DNA from: Oscillibacter sp. MSJ-31
GTDB lineage: Bacteria; Actinomycetota; Coriobacteriia; Coriobacteriales; QAMH01
Direction of reading: 5' to 3'
Assembly: GCA_963621315.1 (NCBI GenBank)
Contig: CAVFDV010000004.1
Coordinates: 533 to 36,622, forward strand
Length of the DNA stretch: 36,090 nt
How positions within the stretch are numbered: position 1 is the stretch's first letter; each line of letters starts with the position of its first letter. A program made the position numbers and the translations under genes. The notes beneath the pieces are model-generated. The model was not told where the DNA came from, did not search any database, and saw only the letters and a program-made list of their open reading frames with translations. Below are positions 28,830-36,090 of this stretch, in pieces.

Positions 28830-30196
28830 CACGCGAGCGTCCCGAAGGGGTCCCAGGGCGCAAGCTCGACAAGCTCGCCTTCGCGGTAGGCCTTGCGCTC
28901 TTCCGGCTTAAGGTACTTCTTGTCCACGACCACCTGGTAGACGTACTCGGAAAACCACTCGTCGCTCATCGTGTCGAAGCCGTCGCGCCCGTGGTCTTTA
29001 CCCCAGGAGTTCTCGACTTTCCACGACAGGGGCGTGCCGTCTGCAGACAGGCGCACGCCCAAGAAGGTCATGGCATGCGTCATGACCGACTCGCCGTAGT
29101 CGAGCCTGGCCGCGCGGTCGAAACCGCCCTCGACCGCAAATCCGAACAGCGCGTCGACGTCGAGGGCCGCCGTGTCCATGACGCCCTCGTCTTGCAGGTA
29201 GCTTTGGTCCACGTCGCAGCCGAACCACACGGGGCGCCCGTCTTTGAGCTGCGCGAGCGCAAGCTCCTTCAGACGCTCGACGGGCAGGTTCAGATGGCGC
29301 ACCCCGCCCGCCTCGACAACGTTGCCCAGCCTCCGCACCGTATAGGGGCGCATGTAGGGCTTGTCGGCGGTGGGCGCGGATATCAGGCTGATGTAGTCGC
29401 CCGGGCGCGCGCGCAGCACCTTGCGGCAAAACTTCTTCGGGGTGAAGCGCCCGGAGACGACAAGCTTGCCGTCGCGGTCGCGCAGGCGCACGTCGAACTC
29501 GCGCGGCGGGCATCCGAAGGCCATGACGAGCATGCGCTGCACGTTTGCCATGTAGCCCCCCTTCATCTCGCGCAGCCCGTCGAGCGGCGTCCCCGCCGTG
29601 TGCGCATCGCGCAAATCGCGGGCGCATTTGCGCAGGTAGCGCGTCAGGTACGCGTCGATCTGGTAGGTGTTTTTCGAGCAGGCCGTCTCGGGGTAGGCCT
29701 CCTTGGGCACAAGCCCGTACTTCTCCACGAGGGCGGCGAGCATGTCCCATTGCCCGCCGTCGTCTACCGGCCCTGCCAGGATGAAGGCCATCTCGCGGCT
29801 GTCGAGCGGCTCGTCGAGGGTGTCGAGGACCTGCTCGAAAAACCAGTTGCTCTTCTCCAGCTTGTCGAAAAACAGCGTCCAAGCCTGCGAGAACTCGAAG
29901 TTGTCGAGCTTGTAGCGCTCTATCACCTGCTGGCGCATCGTGTTCAGCGCGGCAAACATCCAGCAGCGCCCCGAGCGCTCCTGGTCGCAACGTGCGCCCT
30001 GCTTCAGCTCCACGTCGAAGGCAAGCGCGTTGGCGCCCATCCCTTCCGGCACGCGCGCGGCGCGGCGCACCCCCATCGAGCTGACCGCGTTTTTCGCGAC
30101 GACGCGCGCCCTGTCCCCGTCAAACGAGGAAAAGACCTCCTCGATGCCCTCGATGGAAAGCTCGCGTGCCGTATCCTGCCTCTTCCTTGCCGCCAT
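28829..30196 (-). CDS. pepC: aminopeptidase C / bleomycin-hydrolase-type cysteine peptidase (family C1B), 455 aa
   Basis: The catalytic Cys context is QERSGRCWMFAALN. The His context is THAMTFLGV and the Asn context is VENSWG. The ATG at 30196 has GAAGGAG/GAGGA upstream. The upstream 32 codons of the track ORF are unlikely to be translated. Confidence 0.9.
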   Translation of the reverse strand: MAARKRQDTARELSIEGIEEVFSSFDGDRARVVAKNAVSSMGVRRAARVPEGMGANALAFDVELKQGARCDQERSGRCWMFAALNTMRQQVIERYKLDNFEFSQAWTLFFDKLEKSNWFFEQVLDTLDEPLDSREMAFILAGPVDDGGQWDMLAALVEKYGLVPKEAYPETACSKNTYQIDAYLTRYLRKCARDLRDAHTAGTPLDGLREMKGGYMANVQRMLVMAFGCPPREFDVRLRDRDGKLVVSGRFTPKKFCRKVLRARPGDYISLISAPTADKPYMRPYTVRRLGNVVEAGGVRHLNLPVERLKELALAQLKDGRPVWFGCDVDQSYLQDEGVMDTAALDVDALFGFAVEGGFDRAARLDYGESVMTHAMTFLGVRLSADGTPLSWKVENSWGKDHGRDGFDTMSDEWFSEYVYQVVVDKKYLKPEERKAYREGELVELAPWDPFGTLA

Positions 30197-30326
30197 ATGT
30201 CCTCGCCGCTCCTTCTCGCGCGTCGCTTGCCCGACGCCTGCCATCCGTTGCCCAAGGATAACGCAGCGCGCGCGGCAAGGGAGGCGGCACACTAAAGACG
30301 CGCTTTCCCATCCGAACGCATGACGC

Positions 30327-30335
30327 TGGTAAAAT
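30327..30335 (+). promoter_or_regulatory. candidate extended -10 promoter (TGgTAAAAT) for the AlbA_2-domain gene
   Basis: TG lies at 30327-30328 and TAAAAT at 30330-30335, 80 nt upstream of the ATG at 30415. There is no clear -35. Confidence 0.3.
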
Positions 30336-30414
30336 GAATCCTTGCTGCAGAAGCGGAGGATGAGTGCCGCCTGCCGGCAACACGAAAATACCGGTACCGC
30401 GGGACGGAGGCGCC

Positions 30415-31983
30415 ATGAAGGTCGATGATGCGCTGCACATGGCCGAATCGCTTGTCGAGCAAGGTGCCGTGGAGTGCGATTACCTGGAGTACAAGAAGAG
30501 CGCGACGTTCAAGGGCAAGATTCTGAAGACCGCGTGCGCTTTCGCCAACAACTACATGAACCGCGAGGTCGGGCTTATCCTCATCGGCATCGAGGAGCTT
30601 GATGAAAAAGACGGCAGCAAGGCCGTTCCCAAAAGACCCATTGCCGGAATAGGCGAGGCGCAGATCGAGACCACCGAGAACGCGCTGAAGAGCCTGCTCG
30701 CCGAGGTTCACCCGAAGATCGAGTACAACCTTGGCACAGGGCACGTGGACGACCGCAGCTTCATCGTCGTGGCGGTGGAGCCGGGCGCGGCAGGTCCCTA
30801 CGAAACGAGCGAGAGGGCGCAGCGGGACAAGGCGATCGGCCTGAAGGCGGGCCGCTACATCCGCGTCGGGCGCGACACGCGGCTTCCCAATAAGCGCGAG
30901 GAGTTCGAGCTGCTGAAGAGGTTCTCGGGCTTTTGCTTCAGCTCGGAGCTGAACGCGACCGCGACCCTCGATGATTTGAATTACGAGTACATGCGCGAGT
31001 ACCTGGCGCAGACGGGCGCGAAAGCCGACGTCCGCTCGCTCTCGAAGCTCGACATGGCCCGCGCCATGGGGTTGATTGAGAACTCAAGATACGGCGGCTA
31101 TCGCGCGAGGAACTTCGCCGTCTTGATGTTTGCGGAACGGCCGCAAGACTTCATCCCCTACGCCCGCATAGAGGTGATCCGCGAGGCAGACGGCACCGAC
31201 AAGATGGAAGCCAAGGTTTTCGACGGGCCGGTGTGGATCCAGGCGCGGCAGGCGCAACACTACTTCGAGGACGTGATCCAGGCGTCCTACACGATCCGCG
31301 AAGAGGGCGTTTCGGGGCACCGCATCGTGTACAACTGGCCCAAGACGATGTTCGACGAGCTGGTGACAAACTGCGTCCTTCACAAAGAGTACGATTCGCA
31401 CAGCTACATCGGCGTGTACGTGTACCCAGACAAGATGACCTTCGTGAACCACAACCGACCACTGCCGCCGGTGACCATCAAGGACTTGAACGAGCGCGAG
31501 GAGTTCGACGGCCGCGCTTACCTGAACCCGCAGCTCAAGGACATGTTCTACGCGCTCGACCTGATCGAGTCGTACGGATCCGGCATACGCCGCGCCAAGC
31601 GCGCCATGGCGGCCAATGGCTCGCCTGCGCTTGTGTTCACGCCAGACAACGACGTGGACGATTACACCATGGCGACTGCCTACATCAACGAGGAATTCGC
31701 TCGAATCCGCGCCGGTGAAGACGGCGTCTCCATGACAGGTGCTGTCAAAGAAACTGGCAAAGAAACTGTCAAAGAAAGCGGGGAGAAGACGTTTCCCCGC
31801 AATGCCCGGGAACAGATCGTCGAACTCATGAGAGAGCGGCCCGAAATAACGGCAAGGGAGATTGCGGCCGAGATCGGATTGACGCATCGCGGCGTCCGCT
31901 ACCACATCGACCGGCTCCGGAAAGACGGTGTGATTGAGCACGTCGGCCCCACGAAGAGCGGAAGCTGGAAGGTCATCGCTTAG
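30415..31983 (+). CDS. AlbA_2 (Schlafen-like) domain / HATPase_c_4 / C-terminal winged-HTH protein (COG2865-type putative DNA-binding regulator), 522 aa
   Basis: The N-terminal AlbA_2 pattern is ECDYLEYKKS ... KTACAFANNYMNREVGLILIGIEE. The HATPase_c_4-like region is ELVTNCVLHKEYDS ... LNPQLKDMFYALDLIESYGSGIRR. The C-terminal wHTH is ITAREIAAEIGLTHRGVRYHIDRLRKDGVIEHVG. GGAGG lies 4 nt upstream. G+C is lower than in the flanks. Confidence 0.85.
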   Translation: MKVDDALHMAESLVEQGAVECDYLEYKKSATFKGKILKTACAFANNYMNREVGLILIGIEELDEKDGSKAVPKRPIAGIGEAQIETTENALKSLLAEVHPKIEYNLGTGHVDDRSFIVVAVEPGAAGPYETSERAQRDKAIGLKAGRYIRVGRDTRLPNKREEFELLKRFSGFCFSSELNATATLDDLNYEYMREYLAQTGAKADVRSLSKLDMARAMGLIENSRYGGYRARNFAVLMFAERPQDFIPYARIEVIREADGTDKMEAKVFDGPVWIQARQAQHYFEDVIQASYTIREEGVSGHRIVYNWPKTMFDELVTNCVLHKEYDSHSYIGVYVYPDKMTFVNHNRPLPPVTIKDLNEREEFDGRAYLNPQLKDMFYALDLIESYGSGIRRAKRAMAANGSPALVFTPDNDVDDYTMATAYINEEFARIRAGEDGVSMTGAVKETGKETVKESGEKTFPRNAREQIVELMRERPEITAREIAAEIGLTHRGVRYHIDRLRKDGVIEHVGPTKSGSWKVIA

Positions 31984-32087
31984 GGCCGGCGAAGACGGCG
32001 GACGTTTCCAAAGCAGACGCGCTAGACGTGCACAGGGGTTGGCAAAAGGGAGCGTGCTGCGGGCGCGGTTGCGTGGCCGCATACCTC

Positions 32088-32107
32088 AAGGCGCCCGGGC
32101 GCGCCTT
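32088..32107 (+). terminator. GC hairpin between convergent genes, T-rich on the plus strand
   Basis: AAGGCGC (32088-32094) / GCGCCTT (32101-32107) with a 6-nt loop, followed by TAGGCCTCTTCTTCT. It overlaps the stop of the minus-strand DMT gene. Confidence 0.4.
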
Positions 32108-33090
32108 TAGGCCTCTTCTTCTGCCGCCTGCCGCCCGGCCAAAAGCCAGGGCACGAGCTCGGAGACGAGCACGGCGGCAAAGACCAGCGCAAAGCCGCAT
32201 ACCACCTGCAGCGTCAAGGCCTCGGCGCCGGCCGCCACGGAAAACGCCACGCCGAAGGGGGACTCCAGCGAAAGCAAAAGCGCCGCGCTCGCAGGCGGCG
32301 TGTGCTGCTGGCCGATGTTTTGAAACGAGAGCGCGACGAGCGTGCACGCGATGGCCAGATAGGCCAGCCCCACCCAGTCCTCGCCGGCAAAGGCGGCAAG
32401 GTCGGGCGCCGGCTCGAAGAGGCAGGCGGCCACGAGCGCGCATACGGCGACGACGGCGAATTGCACGGTGGTGAGCACGTAGATGTCGCGTCCTTGCGAG
32501 AACTGGGACGTGAAGACGATGTGGAAGGCATAGAAGACGGCGCACACGAGGCTCAAGGCGTCGCCTGCGCTCATGCCGAAACCGTCCGCGCCCCCGAGGC
32601 TGATCAGCCCCACGCCGCCGAGCGCCATCGCGGCGGCGAGGAGGTTGAAGCAGTTGGGGCGGCGGTGCGCGATCCACCAGGCCACGAAGGGGACGAGTAT
32701 GGAGTAGACCGCGGTGAGGAAGGCGTTCTTTCCGGGCGTCGTGCCCGCAAGGCCGAAGGTCTGCGTGCAATAGGCGCCGAACATGAGCAGACCCATGACG
32801 GCGCCGCAGGCCAGATGGTCGCGGGTGAAAAGGCGCACGCCGCCTTTGCGGGTGCCGCCGCTTTCATCGTCGCCGGCGCCGCCTTTGCCGGCATCGCCCG
32901 CCGCGACGCCCTTGCCGCCGGGTTTGCACACTCCTTTCACCATGCAGAAGAGGAACAAGGCGACGGCCGCCGTGCCGAAGCGCGCGAACAGCAGCCAATC
33001 CGGGCTTATGACGTCGAGCAGGTCCTTTGCCATGACAAACGAGCTGCCCCATATGACCGTCGCCGCGACGATCAGGAGTTTGTAGACCAT
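32107..33090 (-). CDS. EamA/DMT family permease (327 aa) with a Gly/Lys/Asp-rich loop insert
   Basis: It has ten hydrophobic helices in two EamA-like halves (LLIVAATVIWGSSFVMAK ...). The insert KPGGKGVAAGDAGKGGAGDDESGGTRKGG follows helix 2. Confidence 0.85.
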   Translation of the reverse strand: MVYKLLIVAATVIWGSSFVMAKDLLDVISPDWLLFARFGTAAVALFLFCMVKGVCKPGGKGVAAGDAGKGGAGDDESGGTRKGGVRLFTRDHLACGAVMGLLMFGAYCTQTFGLAGTTPGKNAFLTAVYSILVPFVAWWIAHRRPNCFNLLAAAMALGGVGLISLGGADGFGMSAGDALSLVCAVFYAFHIVFTSQFSQGRDIYVLTTVQFAVVAVCALVAACLFEPAPDLAAFAGEDWVGLAYLAIACTLVALSFQNIGQQHTPPASAALLLSLESPFGVAFSVAAGAEALTLQVVCGFALVFAAVLVSELVPWLLAGRQAAEEEA

Positions 33091-33102
33091 GGACGCGCCG
33101 TT

Positions 33103-33900
33103 CTACTTGATATGCCCGAGGAAGTCTTTGGTGCGCTGGTGCTGCGGGTGGTCGAAGACCTCGGCGGGCGCGCCCTCCTCCACGACGACGCCGCCCTCCA
33201 TGAAGATGACGCGGTCGGCCACCTCGCGGGCGAATTGCATCTCGTGGGTGACGACGACCATGGTCATGCCCTCTTCGGCCAAGCTGCGCATGACGTCGAG
33301 CACGCCGCGCACCAGCTCGGGGTCCAAGGCGCTCGTGGCCTCGTCGAAGAGCATGACGTGCGGGTTCATGGCAAGGGCGCGCGCGATGGCCACGCGCTGC
33401 TGCTGGCCGCCGGACAGCTGGGCGGGCAGATAGTCGGCGCGCTCGGCCAGGCCTACGCGCTCGAGCTCGGCCAAGGCGATTTTCTCCGCCTCGTCCTTGC
33501 CGCGCTTCAAGACCTTGCGCTGGGCGAGCATCACGTTTTTCTTCGCCGAAAGGTGCGGGAAGAGGTTGAAGTTCTGGAACACCATGCCCACATGCTCGCG
33601 CAGCTTGTTCACGTCGGTGGCGCCCGTGATCTCGGCGCCCTCGATGAAGATGTGCCCGCCGCTGGGCTCTTCGAGCAAATTGATGCAGCGCAGCATCGTG
33701 GACTTGCCCGAGCCGGACGGGCCCAAGACGACGACGACCTCGCCGCGCGCCACGTCGATGTTCACGTCGCGCAAGACCCTCGTGTCGCCGAAGCTCTTCT
33801 CCAGGTGCTGGATGGACACCATGGGCTGCGCGCCCGCCGCGCCCGCACCCGCCGCCTTCGGCGCAACGCCGGCCGCGTTTGCCATGTGCGTGCCGCTCAT
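33103..33900 (-). CDS. amino-acid ABC transporter ATP-binding protein (GlnQ/HisP-like)
   Basis: Walker A is GPSGSGKST, the signature is [15 protein letters not shown] and Walker B is [12 protein letters not shown]. The start forms an ATGA overlap with the permease stop. The N-terminal 26 aa are Ala/Gly-rich, and [11 protein letters not shown] is an alternative start. Confidence 0.92.
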   Translation of the reverse strand: MSGTHMANAAGVAPKAAGAGAAGAQPMVSIQHLEKSFGDTRVLRDVNIDVARGEVVVVLGPSGSGKSTMLRCINLLEEPSGGHIFIEGAEITGATDVNKLREHVGMVFQNFNLFPHLSAKKNVMLAQRKVLKRGKDEAEKIALAELERVGLAERADYLPAQLSGGQQQRVAIARALAMNPHVMLFDEATSALDPELVRGVLDVMRSLAEEGMTMVVVTHEMQFAREVADRVIFMEGGVVVEEGAPAEVFDHPQHQRTKDFLGHIK

Positions 33901-35450
33901 CGCGCACCCCCCTCCTCGTCGGCGCCCGCATCCCGGGCGCTTGCCTCCGAAGCACCCGCATCCGAGGCGCCCGCACCCGGGGCGCCCGCGGGCATGTCCG
34001 GCAGCCCCGAGTGCACGCGCCGCGCCTCAAAGTCCGCATCGGCGGCGGACGCACCGCCCGCCTCCCGCGTCTGCTGCGCCCCCTGCTTCTCCTGCGCCTC
34101 GTCGGGCTTGGCCCCGAGCTCGTCTTTCATCTGGGCGAAGGCGTCGCGGCGGGTGCGGCGCAGCTTGCGCCTGGGCGCCCCTCCCCCGTCGGCTGCCGCC
34201 AGGCGTTTCTCCAGCTTGCCCACCACGTGGATGAGCGGCAGCGTGACCAGCAGGTAGAAGCCCGCCGCCACGATGTAGGGCGTCATGTTGCCCGTGTTGG
34301 CCACCGCGCTTTTCGCATACAGCATCAGCTCCATCACGCCGACGGCGGCCAGCAACGAGGTGTCTTTGTAGAGCAAGATGAACTCGCTGGTCATCGTCGG
34401 GATCACGCGGCGCACGGTCTGCGGGATGATCACGGAGAACATGGTCTGGGCGCCCGTCATGCCCAGCGAGCGCGCGGCCTCGAACTGCCCGCGCGGTATC
34501 GACTGGATGCCGGCGCGCAAGATCTCGCACATGTAGGCGCCCGAGTTGAAGCTCATCACCAGCACCGCGAGCACGTACTGGTCGAGCTTTATCCCAAGCT
34601 GCGGCAGCCCGAAGAACGCGAGGTAGATCTGGAGGAACAGCGGGGTGCCGCGCACGACGCCCGTGTAGATGGCAGCCAGCGCGTGCAAGATGCGCGGACG
34701 CGAGATCTTCATGAACGCGGCGATCAGGCCGATGGGGATGGCCAGCGGAAACCCGACGCACACGAGCGCAAGCGAGATGAGCCAGCCGACGAAGACCGTG
34801 GGGATGGAGCTGACGATCAGCTGCGGCTCGAAGAAGGTCTTGAGCGGCTGCACGGAGTTCCACGCCTGCACCGCCGGCTGCTCGTCGAGCCAGTCCACGA
34901 TGCCCTGCACGACGCTCGAGGCCTCCACGTCGATGGCGGGGCTGTCGGGCAGCGCGGTCGTCTCGCCGGAGTCGCGCGTGTAAAAGCCGCCCAGGCACAC
35001 TTGGCCTTCGATGTTGGGCAGGGCCGCCTCGTAGGTCTCGACGCGCAGGCGCATGCTGGCTTCGAGCGGGCTGGCAAACGCGACGCGCACCTGCTCTTTT
35101 TCCGCGTCGACGTCCACGTCCGCGTCCACCTTCAGGCGCGTCGTGCCGGACAGCACCGTCACCTTCGCCGTGGTCGCGTCCGTCAAGTCCGAGCCGTCCG
35201 GGAACTGCACCGTCACGCCCGAGACGCTCTCGCCGGCGTCCACCACGCCCTCCCAGGTCACGCGCGTGGGGATGCCGCCGAGCACCTTGTCGCCGTTGGT
35301 CTCGTTGCTCTTGGCCGTCGTCACGTCCTGGGTGAAGGCAAACGACGAGAGCGGCGCGGCAAACGACGCCACGAGCGAGAGCACGAGCGCCAGGCCCGCC
35401 GCCCGCTTGAACAGCTGCTTCAGATCCGACGGCATTCCCATATCCTGCAT
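33897..35450 (-). CDS. amino-acid ABC transporter permease (HisM/GlnP type) fused to an N-terminal extracytoplasmic domain of about 230 aa and a C-terminal low-complexity tail of about 100 aa
   Basis: The permease core includes the EAA-loop sequence [22 protein letters not shown]. The N-terminus has a signal or anchor sequence, [24 protein letters not shown]. Three clustered ATGs (35450, 35441, 35435) are possible starts. The 30 codons upstream in the track ORF are unlikely to be translated. Confidence 0.85.
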   Translation of the reverse strand: MQDMGMPSDLKQLFKRAAGLALVLSLVASFAAPLSSFAFTQDVTTAKSNETNGDKVLGGIPTRVTWEGVVDAGESVSGVTVQFPDGSDLTDATTAKVTVLSGTTRLKVDADVDVDAEKEQVRVAFASPLEASMRLRVETYEAALPNIEGQVCLGGFYTRDSGETTALPDSPAIDVEASSVVQGIVDWLDEQPAVQAWNSVQPLKTFFEPQLIVSSIPTVFVGWLISLALVCVGFPLAIPIGLIAAFMKISRPRILHALAAIYTGVVRGTPLFLQIYLAFFGLPQLGIKLDQYVLAVLVMSFNSGAYMCEILRAGIQSIPRGQFEAARSLGMTGAQTMFSVIIPQTVRRVIPTMTSEFILLYKDTSLLAAVGVMELMLYAKSAVANTGNMTPYIVAAGFYLLVTLPLIHVVGKLEKRLAAADGGGAPRRKLRRTRRDAFAQMKDELGAKPDEAQEKQGAQQTREAGGASAADADFEARRVHSGLPDMPAGAPGAGASDAGASEASARDAGADEEGGAR

Positions 35451-35455
35451 CCCTT

Positions 35456-35500
35456 CAAAAGAAAAGGGACAGCGGGTCTTTGAAAAAGGTCCGCCGTCCC
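35456..35500 (-). terminator. intra-operon hairpin plus T-tract between the SBP and permease genes (attenuator/terminator)
   Basis: On the minus strand: GGGACGGCGGACC (35500-35488), a 9-nt loop, GACCCGCTGTCCC (35478-35466), pairing at 11 of 13 positions, followed by TTTTCTTTTG. Confidence 0.5.
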
Positions 35501-35585
35501 ATTTTTCCTGAAACCTCGACCGGGGGCATCCGGCCGTCACAGCCCGCCCACTCTACTTCAAGCGGGCAAGGCTGTCCAGAGCCTT

Positions 35586-36090
35586 CTAGATCCCGTACTT
35601 CTGGCGGATCGTGCTCATCGTGCCGTCGGACTCCATCTCCTTCATGGCCTTGTTCATGTCCTCGACGAGCTGCGCGTTGTCCTTGTTCACGATGATGCCG
35701 TATTGCTCGCCGGTCGCGATGGTCTCGAGGACCTGGCAGTCGCCGTACTCGCCGGAGACGTGCATCTGCGCCACGGGGTCGTCGTAGACGGCGGCCTTGA
35801 TCTGGCCGGTGCGCAGCGCCTGGAGCAAGTCGGGCGTCTCCTGGAAGGGCGTGTAGCTCGCGCCTTTCAGGTTCTCCTGGACCCAGGCCTCGCCGGAGGT
35901 GCCGCTTTGAGCGCCGATCGGCGCGCTTGCCAGCGCGTCGCGGCCCGTGATGCCCGAGTCCTTCAGCACGACGATCGCGAGATTGGAGTCGTAGTAGGGG
36001 TCGGTGAAGCTCACTTCCTTGGCGCGCTCGTCGTCGATGGTGATAGACGAGGCCGCGCAATCGATGCCCGTGCCGCCCGCGACGGCGGTG
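35586..36090 (-). CDS. amino-acid ABC transporter substrate-binding protein (family 3), 5-prime end outside the window
   Basis: SBP_bac_3-like sequence includes ITIDDERAKEVSFTDPYYDSNLAIVV and QALRTGQIKAAVYDDPV. The reading frame stays open upstream of the track's GTG at 36014 through to the window end. Confidence 0.85.
   Translation of the reverse strand, partial: TAVAGGTGIDCAASSITIDDERAKEVSFTDPYYDSNLAIVVLKDSGITGRDALASAPIGAQSGTSGEAWVQENLKGASYTPFQETPDLLQALRTGQIKAAVYDDPVAQMHVSGEYGDCQVLETIATGEQYGIIVNKDNAQLVEDMNKAMKEMESDGTMSTIRQKYGI

Noticed and set aside
28091-30295. 734-aa plus-strand ORF antisense to pepC, and the ORFs at 31084-32082, 32302-34257 and 33879-35483 antisense to later genes
   Set aside because: The opposing frames carry catalytic-triad, AlbA_2, EamA, Walker or EAA motifs. 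These ORFs have none.

Overview
This is a high-GC chromosomal segment. Hand counts of single 60-nt lines give about 65-80 % G+C in most genes. The gene content looks like Coriobacteriia/Eggerthellaceae, but that assignment is an inference, not a database result. I support about 35 protein genes, 3 tRNA genes and no rRNA, CRISPR array, transposase or integrase.

Layout, left to right:
(1) A minus-strand cassette holds a membrane-anchored LuxR-type regulator, a leaderless molybdopterin (bis-MGD) oxidoreductase, a 110-aa 8-Cys ferredoxin-like subunit, a small DUF2007-like protein, an MFS transporter and a small zinc-ribbon protein.
(2) A divergent plus-strand seven-gene hdrCBA-flxDCBA (Flx-Hdr) flavin/FeS module follows, tightly coupled by overlapping start and stop codons.
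(3) Next come VanZ plus two 4-TM DMT half-transporters.
(4) Then an AhpD/CMD-like CxxC protein plus an ArsS-family radical SAM/Cys-rich protein.
(5) A tRNA-Gly/Cys/Val operon has a clear promoter and a bidirectional terminator.
(6) Housekeeping genes follow: an LCP family protein, murA, and hcp with a divergent Crp/Fnr (HcpR-like) regulator.
(7) A type II R-M remnant follows: an Eco47II-family endonuclease that appears 5-prime truncated, plus an intact HTH-fused C5 cytosine methyltransferase with a candidate operator.
(8) Then an AGCS symporter, a HemD-like protein and pepC.
(9) A lower-GC insert encodes an AlbA_2/Schlafen-like-HATPase_c_4-wHTH protein.
(10) Last are an EamA/DMT permease and an amino-acid ABC transporter (ATPase, an unusual permease, and a substrate-binding protein that runs off the window).

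The best candidates for undescribed biology are these:
- the orphan LuxR/Mo-enzyme/MFS cassette and its juxtaposition with Flx-Hdr;
- the ArsS pair without arsenic-methylation context;
- the decayed R-M module with a self-regulating methyltransferase;
- the lower-GC AlbA_2 gene.

Most long ORFs in the six-frame track are antisense or out-of-frame shadows typical of high-GC DNA, and I rejected them.
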